The position numbers were made by a program, and so were the translations under genes. Under the pieces are notes generated by a model. The model had not been told where the DNA came from. It searched no databases and saw only the letters and a program-made list of their open reading frames with translations. From an uncultured virus (IMG/VR IMGVR_UViG_3300023105_000021) (taxonomy: Duplodnaviria > Heunggongvirae > Uroviricota > Caudoviricetes), in the IMG/VR virus record IMGVR_UViG_3300023105_000021: 64,000 bases of DNA; one strand, given 5' to 3'. Below are positions 28,723-39,977 of the stretch, one piece after another; the first letter of the stretch is position 1, and each line of letters begins with the position of its first letter.

Positions 28723-31700
28723 TTATCTGCTTAAGAAGTATCCAAGTGCTACTGGAGCTCCATCAATACCACCTGTAAAATTCATTTTTGCTTTAATATT
28801 TAGCTGTCCGCCACTTGTAGTTGTTATTTCATCATTTGCAATGAATACAACACCTGCTGTAAGTGTGTTAACGTTCAAGCTACTCTGACCGCCACCAATC
28901 TGTGCTGTAATGTAGCTCTTAATTGCACGTTGCGTTGGAACAATACTATCACTATTTTCAGTAAAGAATGGATCTGTACTGAACTGTGTAATAATTGCTG
29001 ATCCAATACCAACAGCAATACCACCAAGTTGCAATGACTGCAAGCCTGCTAAGTTAAACGCATCAGCATCCAACGTCGCAGTACCTGTTGACTGTTGAAC
29101 TCCAAACAGTCCGCCAACGTTAAAGTTACCATCTTGGTCAGTACTTGTAAAGAACACTCGACCACCGCCACTACTTAATTGTTGTCTATTAATATCTGCT
29201 GTAGTAATATCAACAAATGGATAGTTCGTTTTAGCTTGGTTTCCTGTACCAATATACAAGAAGTCATGTCCAGTTAGTCGTACTTGTGAGTATTTGTTAG
29301 TTGTAACAACTCTTGTACCATCTTTTGGTGCATTTAATGTTACTAGTCCTGGACTAATTTGGAAAGTTGCTGTATAACTTCCAGGTTGTCCTATAACATT
29401 ACTAATTGTAACTAGTTTGTAATATGATCCAGGAATATTATCAAACTCAACATTTGATCCAGGTTCTGGTAATTCAAACAAGCCTCTTAGTGCAATAAAT
29501 GTGCTTGGTTGATACAAGTCTGCGTTACCGTCGCCGCCTAGCTCTGCTGTTGCTGTTGTATAACCTGCACCTCTATTAGTAAATGTTGGGTTAGCTAACG
29601 CACCATTTCTAATTCTCGAATTAACAGCTACATCGATAGTTGCGTTCGGATCGCCAATTGTTGCTTTTGGACTTCCTGCAAATGTTGCTGTACCTATAGC
29701 AGTTGGTGCTACAGTTTCAATATCAAAACTTGCTCCTCCATCAAGTAAGCTAATTTCTATATCTGTTCCAGCTATTGCCGAAATGTAGTACTTGACTTCG
29801 GAATCAATACCAATTGCTGCTAAACCGTCTCCGTCAAAGTTGATAGGTTGTCCTACAAACAAGTTAGACACTGTGTTTAGTTCAATTGTGTTTGGTGCAG
29901 TTGTACTTACAATAGAACCTTGTGTAAATCCTGAACCCGGTTCTCTTAATGTAAATGCTACAATAGAATCTGTATCTACATAAGTTCTACCATTTGGTCT
30001 AGCACCAGTTTCAATCCACTTTGCACCATTGCTGCCGCTACTAGTAACAGCAGCCCAGATTGGAACATTACTTGGATTACCAAATGCTACCGCTGCAAAC
30101 CCAGCAGTATCACCTGTAGTTCTATCTGTCCAAATAACACCGTCTTGTGAAGTTGCAAAAGTACCTCCAATTGGTCCTGATGCTAAAAATAGTCCTTGAC
30201 CATATTGTACATCACTCCATCCTGATGAACTAATATTAGCAAGTGATGTTGATCCTGCTGACCAGTTTTGACCAAAGTCATAACTTATAGCCTGTTCACC
30301 TGCTGAACCAATTGCAACAAAACGTCCATTACCGTATGCAACCTTCATCCAATTAGTTGAAGAACCAGGTAATGCGCCACCTACAGTCCAAGTAATACCG
30401 TTTGAGCTATAAGACGTATATCCGTTATCGTTAATAGCAACAAATGTTGTACCACCATATGCTACACTTACAAAAGTACCTGCAGGTGGTGTAGTATTAT
30501 CACGTGATACCCAGTTTTCGCCGTCTGTTGATGTTCCTGCTGATCCTGATCCGCCTGTACCACCAACTACAACCCATACACCGTTACCAAATGCAATATC
30601 ATTAAAGTTTGAATTTGGTAGTGCTGAACCTGCTGCCCAAACAGCGCCAGGAGCATCTGTTTGTGTTAAGTATGCATTATTAGTTGATCCAGGAGCAATA
30701 GCAACCCATCTAGCATCTTCATCAGTAATTGTTACTGTTGGTTGTGAAGTATAACCGGAACCTCTAAGTAAAATACCATCATTATCTTCGTCAATAGTAA
30801 TAGTTGCTACACCTCTGTTATCAAGTGTTGCAGTTACTTCAGCTTGTACTGAAGCTCCTCCGCCTGTGATAGTTACAGTTGGAGCAGTTAAGTAGTTATT
30901 ACCTTTTGTGTCAACAATAATTTCAGTAACCTTGTCTGTTTCAGCAGTTACTGTCGGTGCTTGTGAATAACCTGCACCAGTACTTGTAATGATAATCTCT
31001 TGGATAATACCGTCTTTAACTGTTGCAACAGCACTTGCGCCGCCGCCACCTGCTGTTGGCGTAAACACAATAGTCGGAGCAGTTACAAAACCAGTGCCGC
31101 CATTAATTACATTTACTCTTGCAATCTGTGTCGGACCTGGTAAACCAATACTATTAATTTCACCTAGCTCTGCTTCAAGTATTGCACCTGAACCACCTAG
31201 TCCGCCGATAACTGCTGTTGCTGTTGCTCCTGTGCCGCCGCCAAATGCGCTTGCACTCCAGTTACCTGTTGCTGGTAATACACCAGCTTGTACCCAAGTT
31301 TTACCATCTAATGAGTAATCAGTTTGTGTACCATTATTTGGTAATGCTATATATCTACCCATTGCAAAATCAACTCTATCAAAACCAATAGCGTCTGCTG
31401 TAGTAGTATTATTTGCAGTAAATCCTGGCTCTGTATAATGTACTGACGGTTCAATAGTATAACCAGTTGTTAAGTCTAGTCCTGCTACTGCTGCTTTACC
31501 TGGAATAACATTATCCCAACCAGCTGTATACATTGCAACACTTTGACCTGTTGTAGTTATTAGTGTTGCTGCTGCTCCTCCAACGGAATCACTTAGCTGA
31601 ATAGTGCCGTCTAAGTTATTTGTAATAACGTAGTAAACATTGCTAGGTGAATTACCTTCATCTAAACCGCCTACACTTGCATTTAAGTAAACTGGATCAT

Positions 31701-34700
31701 CTACGCTAAGATGCTCATAGTTTCCAGTTATAGTAACAATGTTTGTCGTTGCAGTTGTAGCAGTAATTGTAAATGGCTCAATGCTTGGTTTATAAACAGT
31801 TGCATTTTTAGTACCATTATTAAATCGTAATATCTTAGCATACTGTCCTACACCTGAACCTGCTGTAATTTGTACATTCATTCCTGAATATGCATTACTT
31901 AGAGCAAAGTCAGTAGCAGCTAGTGTGATATATGTTGGATCGCCGCCTTGCGCAACGTTTTGAGCAGTTACATAATCCTCACCGCCGATACCGTTGCCAT
32001 CGTTTAAATCGATGATACGTGTTTCAACAACAGCACTATCTCTAAATTCATCATCGTCTGCTGCTGCATTAAATCCTGTACCACTGATTGCAAATTCTGC
32101 ATTGGTGTAATCTCTACCAGCGTTGCTGAACTCAAATCCTAGAACTTCTTCTTCTCCGTCTGTTGCTACACTATATATTGTTGCTTCTTGTGATAAGTTA
32201 TCAACTATTGCTGTAATTGGTTCTTCACCTGTGTCAGTACCTTCAGCAATAACACCATATGTACCATAAGATGAGTTACCATTTGTAGCACGAATACGTC
32301 CGCCAAAGTCTGCTAAGTAACCTGAATAGTTATAGTATGCGAACACAGAAACAAGTTCTGTTAATGAGTTGTTACCGCTACACCATACGCCAATACCATC
32401 ACTTAGTACTTGTGTAAAGTCGTTTGAAACAATAGATCTGTTACCGCCTGCGTGTAACGCACCGTCAATTTTACAACCAACACAACCAACACCAAATGTT
32501 GTTACGTTTTGTACATAACAAGATTTGTTAGTTACCCATGCTTCGGTATCATTTGGACCAAACCCTGGATCAAGTGATACATAAGAGCCTGCTGTTGGAC
32601 GTCTTGTTCCAAAGTCATTAAGTTCTGTTAAGTTTCCACGTAGTCCATTAACTGTTTGGTTACGTACACCAGTTGCGTTTCTTACATGATACATATCTGA
32701 TTTTTCAGAACCATTAACCGCATTTAAGTATAGCTCACCTGCTTTCCAAACTTTGTGATTTCCTGGATATTGTAAATCGTATACAATAGCATCAATATAA
32801 CGCTCCATGTCTCTACGGCATAGAGCAGGATCATATGCATATCTAGCAACACTAGATCCAGAAGCTACATCAAGTACTAGAGGTTCGCCGCCTCTGGTAT
32901 CAGAAATTTCAACACCTGTTGTATCTACAATAGATGAAACATAATAAGTTTGTCCTGCTACTAGTTCGCCAAATGCATTTTCGTCAAACACAATAGGATC
33001 GTTAACTATTAAGTTGTGGGCACTAGTGAATCTAATAGTTCCTGGAGAACCTTCAATGTCAGTTACAGTTCCACCATAACTTTGTGTGATCCAAGCTGTT
33101 GCCTCGTTTGCTAAGAAGTTTCTATTTGCTTTAAGTATATCAACAGCATTGATTGTTTCTGTATCACCGAAGTACGTAATAGTTCCATGAATTTCTGGAG
33201 TGTTTCCGTTACCTTTGTCTAGCATATTAATAATAATATCCATTAACGAATTAGTACGCTTTTTAGCTAATGCACTACCGTCAATGTATGTAGCAATTAC
33301 ATTTTTTAGTTCTCTATAAGATTGTACAGTAGCATTCTTTTGCGCTCCTAAAACTAAGTCTGCTTGTGTACCTCTATAGTATGCCTGTGCAACAATTTGT
33401 GTTAAGTAGTTGGTGTTATTCATCATATCTCTACCAACTGCTTCTACAATATAACCTACATCTCTTTCACACTTAGCTACATCATAGTCAAGTGTTGGAT
33501 ACTTATCTGCAATAAATGATGTAATAGCTGCCTTAATTGAAGATAAAGAACCAGTTAAGTTTGTGAACTGCTGTTGTAATGTTCCAGAAACACCAGTAAT
33601 GCTACCTGTTTGATAAATGTATGCAGTAGCAATTATATCGTTTTGATCATCTGCTTCATAAGTAGGTCCATTAAAGTATCCTGACAAAGTAAACGTTGTT
33701 GGATTAACAATGGACTTAACATAGTATGTTTCAAAGTCTTGGAACTCGTCTAAGAATTGGACAATGTCGCCTACACGTAAGTTGTGATTAACGTCACAAA
33801 TAAACCCATTACTAGATATGCCAGTTACTGTAACACGAGGTCTTAATTGTTGATCGTTTATGCTATCATAAACTATTGTCATTAATTCTTCAACTTTAGC
33901 TAAAGATCCGGCATCACCTACTGGCTGAAGTGAATCTCTTATTACTGGTTCAACATATCCTTGTAATGGTCCTGGACTTACGGCACTGTTTACTGCTAAT
34001 CCAGTAACAATTTGTTTTGCATAATCATATGCAGCAAGTGTAGCAGTTTTCTCATCTTCGCTAATAACTAATTCATTATCACCGTTAATGTCTTTCTGAT
34101 AGTAAAATTCTGCAAATTTTACTGATGCATAATTACTGTTATAAGTTAAATCATATCTTAATGCATCAACTAACATTCCAACATCTCGTTCACACTTGGT
34201 TTGATTATATGTTAGTGATGGATACTCTTGATTTAAAAACTCAATTACTTCAGCTGTTACATATGCTTTATTTTCCCAAATAATGCTTGCTGCTGCAACA
34301 TCTGCTGTGTCAGCATCACTAGGTTCAACCCATTTAGCAACTGGAATTTTGCCGCCGTTAATGTAATTTGTTAAGTCTTCAATTAATAAGTTTACTGAAG
34401 CGTTTGCTGATACTGTTGCAACACGTCTTACTTTTTGTGCCATAAACTCCATGCTACCAACAGTTGCATATAGTTCATTATTAACAACTTCTAAAGCAGA
34501 TGCAATAAGTCTATAATAACTCATTCCAGCTTTTGTAGTTGCAAAGTTTGATCCGGTATATAAATCTCTAGCAAGTGCATCAACAATTAACCCTGCATCA
34601 CGTCTGCAAGTATCTTGATTGTATTCTAGTTCTTGATGGAATTTTTCTACCCAAAACACAACATCTTCAACAATTTCATTTTTACGATTTAAAATTCTAT

Positions 34701-37700
34701 TATACGCTGTTGTTGTTTCAATTTGCTGCCAACTATTTGCAATTTCGATAGCAGTGTTTGCTTCGCCGTTGTTAATATAGTCAAGTACATCTTGTACTCT
34801 ATCTTCAGCAAATTCAATTGATGCTGCGTTACCCGGAGTACCGCTTGTATCTTGTACTTCTGTTACACCTGGGCTAGTAGTTACAGTAGTTTCTGCAATG
34901 ACTTCTGCAACAACAACTTTTAATCTTGCATACGCTGCAAGAGTTGCTGGAAGTTCGTTTGCACTAATTGTTAGTACAAAGTTTGAATAGTATGCGCTAC
35001 CTGCAATCTCTGACTGTGTATTACCGCCATATGTTAAATCATAACGTACTGCATCAAGTATATAACCTACATCACGGATGCAACGATCTTGTCCGTCAGC
35101 ACTAATAGATCCCCATATAACATCGTAACCGTTATTAGAATCTTCTAACCAATGACGTATTTCATCTTGGATAAATGCATGGTTAGCAACAATTTGCGCT
35201 GCTGCATCACCGTATGTTGTAGTAACACCAGTTGTGTTTGATGCTGTAGCATAAGCAGTATCACTAAAGTCTACTGTATTGTAACCCGGTGCTGTTGGAA
35301 ATACAGTTGGCGGTAATGCTGCTAAACCGTTTTGAACAATGGTGTTCATATCTTTAATTAGTTTGTATGCACGATCGCCATCTTTTCTAGTTCCAGGTTC
35401 GGATATAACTCCGATAGTAAGTTCTGTTATTGCTGAATTTAAGAATCTAACAGTTGATAGTGTTTCTTGTAGTTGACTATTTAGAACTAGTTCTGTTGAT
35501 ACTGTACCTCTACGATATGCTATAGCATTTTGTACTGACAAGTAATTACTATCAAAAATTACGTCATAACCAATACCGTCGATCATATAACCAACATCTC
35601 TTTTGCAAAGATCTTTGTTATATGTTAAAGTAGGATACACAAAATCAATATAATCAACTAATGCATCTTGTATAACCGGAGTTCTTTCTGTTAACACATT
35701 TTTTAATTTTTCTAAAGCATTGTCAGTCCAAGCAGTTGAAGGCTTAATTAATGCTGGAGCTAATGCAGTGTCAGCAGTATTATAAATTTCTTGTGTTCTG
35801 TCTTGAGCAAATGTACCTGCACCAAGTGAACCTGCTGTTCCATTAGTATCCTGTGTATCGGCATTACTTGTAGATTTTGTAATTGCATTACCTTGTGCAA
35901 TATCTGAAATAATATCTATAAGTCTTTGCTGTGCATCAAGTGTTTCGGTTTTTTGACTTGCACCTCTTACAAATGCGCCGTCTAAATCATAAAATAATCT
36001 AGATTGAATAATAGTTGCTAAGTTACCTCTATATGTTAAATCATATTTTACTGCTTCAATCTGTTCATCTAAATCTTCTAACCACTGTGCTTTTGAATCT
36101 GAGTCTAAACCTACCCAGAATGCACCATGGTTATCTGTCATATATGCATCTATTTCAGAAATGATAAAGTCTTTGTTAGCAGTAATAAGTCTACGTGCAT
36201 TAAAGAATCCTGTATCATAGTTTGTTGGATCAGTGTATGTATAACTAGTTGGAATTGAACCTGATCCGTTTTCTAAAATATCTATAATTAAGTTTGTACT
36301 TTCATCTACTTTTGCTGTTCTAGTTGAGTAATACTTAATTCTATCTCTCGTATATTCAATTGTTCCTAGTGTTGGTTCTAGTTGACTATCAATTACAAGT
36401 TCTGCAGAACTAATTGCTCTACGATAAGACATGCCTGCTTTTAGTGAACGGAATGTACTTCCAAATAAAACATCATATTCTAAAGCGTCTACAATATAGC
36501 CAATGTCTCTTTCACACTTAGCTTGATCATAATCTAGATCCGGATAATTTTCATTAACCCAGTTAGTTGCACCTGTTTGAATACTAGATTTTACATTAGT
36601 AAAATCTGTAACTATAGATTGTACAACAGTATCAGTCCAGCTAGTATCTGGAAGTATCGGTGTTGGTAATGTACCGTCTGTGTCAATAGTATCATAAATT
36701 TCTTGAATACGTGCATCTGCAAATGTTTCTGCACCTGCACTACCTGCTGTTCCTGAAGTGTCTTGAGTTTCAGTATTTCCTGCTGTCGGAGTAATTGTTG
36801 TTTCAGTAATTACATCTCCGATAATTGATTTTAAATGTGCGTATGTAGCAAGCGTTTCTGCTTTTTTACCAGTACCGTAAACTGGGTTACCATTTACAAA
36901 ATAACTTCTTGCTGCTACTGTAGTTTCTAAATTACCGCCATAAGTTAAATCGTAACGTAGTGCATCGATAATATATTTTGTGTCTCTTTCACAGTTTGCA
37001 GTATCAAATGTAAATAATGCATCAAATGGTGCAATAGTATTATCAACTTGGAATTGAATCCAGGCTGTTTGTTCTGCTACTATGAAATCTCTGTTTGCTT
37101 CAAGTTGTGCAACAGCGTTTGCAAATCCCGCATCGCTTGCGTTGTTTGTACCGCTTGTAGGTGTTGGACCAACTTCTGGTAAGTCTGGTACAACTTGTAA
37201 CCCATTTGCAAGTACATCAGTTATAACTTCAACGCCATTGTTTAGTCTGTTTGTTGAAGCTGTGTTTCCAGCATATCCGTTTACATACTGCTGATCTACG
37301 TTATTTCCAGTAGTCTTAGCAATCTCAACATTTTGTAAAATGTCATCAGCTACGTCTTTAATTCTGTTTAATGCACTAGTTGTTTTGTTTACATCATTTG
37401 CTAATTCTGGTATTGCTGTTTGAGGTTGTACAACACTTGTACGTAGTTCGTCTCCTACTACCGCAGTATATTCCGGAAGAATCATTGGAAGTACTTCGTT
37501 GTATGTACCTGTTTTAATAAACACTGTAGTATTTGGAAGAATAGGTAATGCAATAGCAGTGTTAGAACCTGCAACAATACCGTTTACAACAATGTCTAAT
37601 AATTCATTTGCTTTTGCTGCGCCAACTTCTTCAGCAGTTAAATTAAAGTCGATAACTTGCTGGGCTCTATCTTCTAACTCAATTCCAATTAATGACTGAT

Positions 37701-39945
37701 AACTAACTGGAGATCTATTATTAAGAACTGTTGAAACAAACTCTTTTAATTTTGTATAAACCTCTTCGTTAATTTTTTTCTGTTCTTGAACTTCTTGAGA
37801 AACATAATTGTTACTTTCAACACTAAATGTGTAAGTATTTACATAATACAAGTTAGTTGCTGTTGTGGTTTTTAATGTGCCACCTCTTGAAATATCGTAG
37901 ATTAGTCCGTCAATAATAGTAGCGCAATCTGCTTCTAGATTATCAAAGTTTACAGATGCGTTACCTTCCATAGTACCTGTATCATCTGTAAGTATTAATG
38001 ATATACCACCTTGGGTGTCACTAATTCTAAATTCTGTTGAACTTACAATAGCATCAACATAATATTGTGTTCCAGCTGTTACGCCGCCTAATGTTCCATC
38101 AAATACAATTGGTATGCCGTCACGTAATTTTTCTGTGCTATTACATGTAAAAGTACGTGTACCACTTGCAGAAGCAGTTATAGTAACTTTATAATTATTC
38201 TTTACCCATGCTGTAGATTCTTTAATTAAGAACTGTTTGTTATTTTTTAGAATATCTCTAGTTTGAGGGTTTAAATAACCTTCTCTAATTTGATCTAGTG
38301 CATAGCGTACACTTGCCCAAGGTTTGTCGATTGTTAATCCAGATTCTGGTGCAGGCGTATCTGTACCTAAAGGACCAACATAAACAACATTATCAATTAG
38401 TCCATAGTTTGCCCAGTCTGGGAAACCATCTGTTGCACGAAGAATCTGACCATCAACACCGATTGGTAATCTTGTTGGACCGTTGTTACCAAAGTAAACT
38501 AAATCACCTTCTGCTTCGAGTGCTAGTGCTTCAGACCCGATTGTTAAGATATTCCAATAATCTGCAACTAGATCGTTATCTGGTCTGTTTGCAGTTTCTG
38601 ATGTGTGTTTTTGTGTACAAATAAATGAACTTGCACCATAAATTACAACATCTCCTACATGATAATCGTTAGCAGGTACCCAAGTAGATGAATAACCAGT
38701 ATGTGTAACTGTGTCAATGACACCGCCTGTTTGTCCTGTTACTGTTACTATAATATCATTTGCTGGAGTAGTGCCGCCGACATCTGCACCTGAAATAGTT
38801 ATAACATCATTGTCAGCATAACCTGTACCAGCATATCCTGTTGATATACTGACTGTGTAAACTGTATTTGACTTAACAACATCAAAACGTGCTCCTGAAC
38901 CACTGCCTGATTCGTTAGTACCAGAAACTTGTGAGAAAGACTCAGTACTTCTTGTCCAGTTAATACCAGAGTTTAGTCTACTCCAGTAAGTATCGTTCGG
39001 TGGTTCAAAATCTAAACTATCTGCAATAGCTACATAGGTATTACCGCCAAGTCTTACTACATCACCAACTTTATAAGAATCTAATGAGCTCCAATCACCT
39101 TGGAATGCAAATCCTGATGTAAATACTTCCCAATCATCTGGGCTTGCAGTTGGCTGTGCATTTGTATTGTTTGTTTTAGCAACATATACATAGCCACCGT
39201 ATGTAACTGTGTCTCCTATTTGATAGACTGTAGAATTATCCCAGCTATCTTCAAATTGGAAGCCTTCGATAAAGACATCCCAGTTTACTTCGTCTGAAAT
39301 AAAATCATTTGAAACATGCGGTGCAGTACAAATGAAAACGTTTCCGCCGTATTTTACAACATCATTAACACGGTAACGAGTTGTAGTTACCCACTCGCCT
39401 AAATATACAAGTCCGTCGCTGAATAACGTCCATTTACCTTGATCGGCTTCTAAGCCTAATGCTACTGTGGCAGAAGAAACGTGAGCAGTGTTACATACAT
39501 AAACATAACCGCCATATCTTACTAGGTCATTAATTTTATAACGGGTATTTATTGTCCAATCACTTTTCCAATCAAAAGATGTAGCAAACGGTGTCCACTT
39601 ATCTAAGTCTGCTTCAAGACCTAAATAATCAGGATCTGCAAATGTTGCTGATGTATGTCCTGTTTCAGCAATATAAACAATAGCACCATAACGTACAACG
39701 TCACCTGGTGCATATGTAAATTCTGGTTGCCAATCACCTTGCCAACTTGTACCATCTGATACAATATCCCATTTTGGAATTTCGTTATCAAAATCTGCTT
39801 GGAAATCTGTTGATGCAGTATGGTTTCTAATACATATGTATGATTTACCGCCAAAACTTACAACATCGTCTGCGACATATGCTCGTTCTGCTGCCCAGTC
39901 ACCCTGCCAAACAAATCTAATTCTACCTAGTTTAAACTCTGCCAT
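28723..39945 (-). CDS. Giant 3740-aa multidomain virion/appendage protein
   Basis: N-terminal W....Y..GDVV.YGG..Y.C...H.S repeats, beta-helix-like segments, helical C-x-R-D repeats, Asp-box S.DG..W repeats, G.GY..APTV.I repeats; GGAG RBS and TAAATA upstream. Confidence 0.85.
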   Translation of the reverse strand: MAEFKLGRIRFVWQGDWAAERAYVADDVVSFGGKSYICIRNHTASTDFQADFDNEIPKWDIVSDGTSWQGDWQPEFTYAPGDVVRYGAIVYIAETGHTSATFADPDYLGLEADLDKWTPFATSFDWKSDWTINTRYKINDLVRYGGYVYVCNTAHVSSATVALGLEADQGKWTLFSDGLVYLGEWVTTTRYRVNDVVKYGGNVFICTAPHVSNDFISDEVNWDVFIEGFQFEDSWDNSTVYQIGDTVTYGGYVYVAKTNNTNAQPTASPDDWEVFTSGFAFQGDWSSLDSYKVGDVVRLGGNTYVAIADSLDFEPPNDTYWSRLNSGINWTRSTESFSQVSGTNESGSGSGARFDVVKSNTVYTVSISTGYAGTGYADNDVITISGADVGGTTPANDIIVTVTGQTGGVIDTVTHTGYSSTWVPANDYHVGDVVIYGASSFICTQKHTSETANRPDNDLVADYWNILTIGSEALALEAEGDLVYFGNNGPTRLPIGVDGQILRATDGFPDWANYGLIDNVVYVGPLGTDTPAPESGLTIDKPWASVRYALDQIREGYLNPQTRDILKNNKQFLIKESTAWVKNNYKVTITASASGTRTFTCNSTEKLRDGIPIVFDGTLGGVTAGTQYYVDAIVSSTEFRISDTQGGISLILTDDTGTMEGNASVNFDNLEADCATIIDGLIYDISRGGTLKTTTATNLYYVNTYTFSVESNNYVSQEVQEQKKINEEVYTKLKEFVSTVLNNRSPVSYQSLIGIELEDRAQQVIDFNLTAEEVGAAKANELLDIVVNGIVAGSNTAIALPILPNTTVFIKTGTYNEVLPMILPEYTAVVGDELRTSVVQPQTAIPELANDVNKTTSALNRIKDVADDILQNVEIAKTTGNNVDQQYVNGYAGNTASTNRLNNGVEVITDVLANGLQVVPDLPEVGPTPTSGTNNASDAGFANAVAQLEANRDFIVAEQTAWIQFQVDNTIAPFDALFTFDTANCERDTKYIIDALRYDLTYGGNLETTVAARSYFVNGNPVYGTGKKAETLATYAHLKSIIGDVITETTITPTAGNTETQDTSGTAGSAGAETFADARIQEIYDTIDTDGTLPTPILPDTSWTDTVVQSIVTDFTNVKSSIQTGATNWVNENYPDLDYDQAKCERDIGYIVDALEYDVLFGSTFRSLKAGMSYRRAISSAELVIDSQLEPTLGTIEYTRDRIKYYSTRTAKVDESTNLIIDILENGSGSIPTSYTYTDPTNYDTGFFNARRLITANKDFIISEIDAYMTDNHGAFWVGLDSDSKAQWLEDLDEQIEAVKYDLTYRGNLATIIQSRLFYDLDGAFVRGASQKTETLDAQQRLIDIISDIAQGNAITKSTSNADTQDTNGTAGSLGAGTFAQDRTQEIYNTADTALAPALIKPSTAWTDNALEKLKNVLTERTPVIQDALVDYIDFVYPTLTYNKDLCKRDVGYMIDGIGYDVIFDSNYLSVQNAIAYRRGTVSTELVLNSQLQETLSTVRFLNSAITELTIGVISEPGTRKDGDRAYKLIKDMNTIVQNGLAALPPTVFPTAPGYNTVDFSDTAYATASNTTGVTTTYGDAAAQIVANHAFIQDEIRHWLEDSNNGYDVIWGSISADGQDRCIRDVGYILDAVRYDLTYGGNTQSEIAGSAYYSNFVLTISANELPATLAAYARLKVVVAEVIAETTVTTSPGVTEVQDTSGTPGNAASIEFAEDRVQDVLDYINNGEANTAIEIANSWQQIETTTAYNRILNRKNEIVEDVVFWVEKFHQELEYNQDTCRRDAGLIVDALARDLYTGSNFATTKAGMSYYRLIASALEVVNNELYATVGSMEFMAQKVRRVATVSANASVNLLIEDLTNYINGGKIPVAKWVEPSDADTADVAAASIIWENKAYVTAEVIEFLNQEYPSLTYNQTKCERDVGMLVDALRYDLTYNSNYASVKFAEFYYQKDINGDNELVISEDEKTATLAAYDYAKQIVTGLAVNSAVSPGPLQGYVEPVIRDSLQPVGDAGSLAKVEELMTIVYDSINDQQLRPRVTVTGISSNGFICDVNHNLRVGDIVQFLDEFQDFETYYVKSIVNPTTFTLSGYFNGPTYEADDQNDIIATAYIYQTGSITGVSGTLQQQFTNLTGSLSSIKAAITSFIADKYPTLDYDVAKCERDVGYIVEAVGRDMMNNTNYLTQIVAQAYYRGTQADLVLGAQKNATVQSYRELKNVIATYIDGSALAKKRTNSLMDIIINMLDKGNGNTPEIHGTITYFGDTETINAVDILKANRNFLANEATAWITQSYGGTVTDIEGSPGTIRFTSAHNLIVNDPIVFDENAFGELVAGQTYYVSSIVDTTGVEISDTRGGEPLVLDVASGSSVARYAYDPALCRRDMERYIDAIVYDLQYPGNHKVWKAGELYLNAVNGSEKSDMYHVRNATGVRNQTVNGLRGNLTELNDFGTRRPTAGSYVSLDPGFGPNDTEAWVTNKSCYVQNVTTFGVGCVGCKIDGALHAGGNRSIVSNDFTQVLSDGIGVWCSGNNSLTELVSVFAYYNYSGYLADFGGRIRATNGNSSYGTYGVIAEGTDTGEEPITAIVDNLSQEATIYSVATDGEEEVLGFEFSNAGRDYTNAEFAISGTGFNAAADDDEFRDSAVVETRIIDLNDGNGIGGEDYVTAQNVAQGGDPTYITLAATDFALSNAYSGMNVQITAGSGVGQYAKILRFNNGTKNATVYKPSIEPFTITATTATTNIVTITGNYEHLSVDDPVYLNASVGGLDEGNSPSNVYYVITNNLDGTIQLSDSVGGAAATLITTTGQSVAMYTAGWDNVIPGKAAVAGLDLTTGYTIEPSVHYTEPGFTANNTTTADAIGFDRVDFAMGRYIALPNNGTQTDYSLDGKTWVQAGVLPATGNWSASAFGGGTGATATAVIGGLGGSGAILEAELGEINSIGLPGPTQIARVNVINGGTGFVTAPTIVFTPTAGGGGASAVATVKDGIIQEIIITSTGAGYSQAPTVTAETDKVTEIIVDTKGNNYLTAPTVTITGGGASVQAEVTATLDNRGVATITIDEDNDGILLRGSGYTSQPTVTITDEDARWVAIAPGSTNNAYLTQTDAPGAVWAAGSALPNSNFNDIAFGNGVWVVVGGTGGSGSAGTSTDGENWVSRDNTTPPAGTFVSVAYGGTTFVAINDNGYTSYSSNGITWTVGGALPGSSTNWMKVAYGNGRFVAIGSAGEQAISYDFGQNWSAGSTSLANISSSGWSDVQYGQGLFLASGPIGGTFATSQDGVIWTDRTTGDTAGFAAVAFGNPSNVPIWAAVTSSGSNGAKWIETGARPNGRTYVDTDSIVAFTLREPGSGFTQGSIVSTTAPNTIELNTVSNLFVGQPINFDGDGLAAIGIDSEVKYYISAIAGTDIEISLLDGGASFDIETVAPTAIGTATFAGSPKATIGDPNATIDVAVNSRIRNGALANPTFTNRGAGYTTATAELGGDGNADLYQPSTFIALRGLFELPEPGSNVEFDNIPGSYYKLVTISNVIGQPGSYTATFQISPGLVTLNAPKDGTRVVTTNKYSQVRLTGHDFLYIGTGNQAKTNYPFVDITTADINRQQLSSGGGRVFFTSTDQDGNFNVGGLFGVQQSTGTATLDADAFNLAGLQSLQLGGIAVGIGSAIITQFSTDPFFTENSDSIVPTQRAIKSYITAQIGGGQSSLNVNTLTAGVVFIANDEITTTSGGQLNIKAKMNFTGGIDGAPVALGYFLSR

Positions 39946-39977
39946 TTTTTATATAACTCCGTGTTCTTATATTTATC

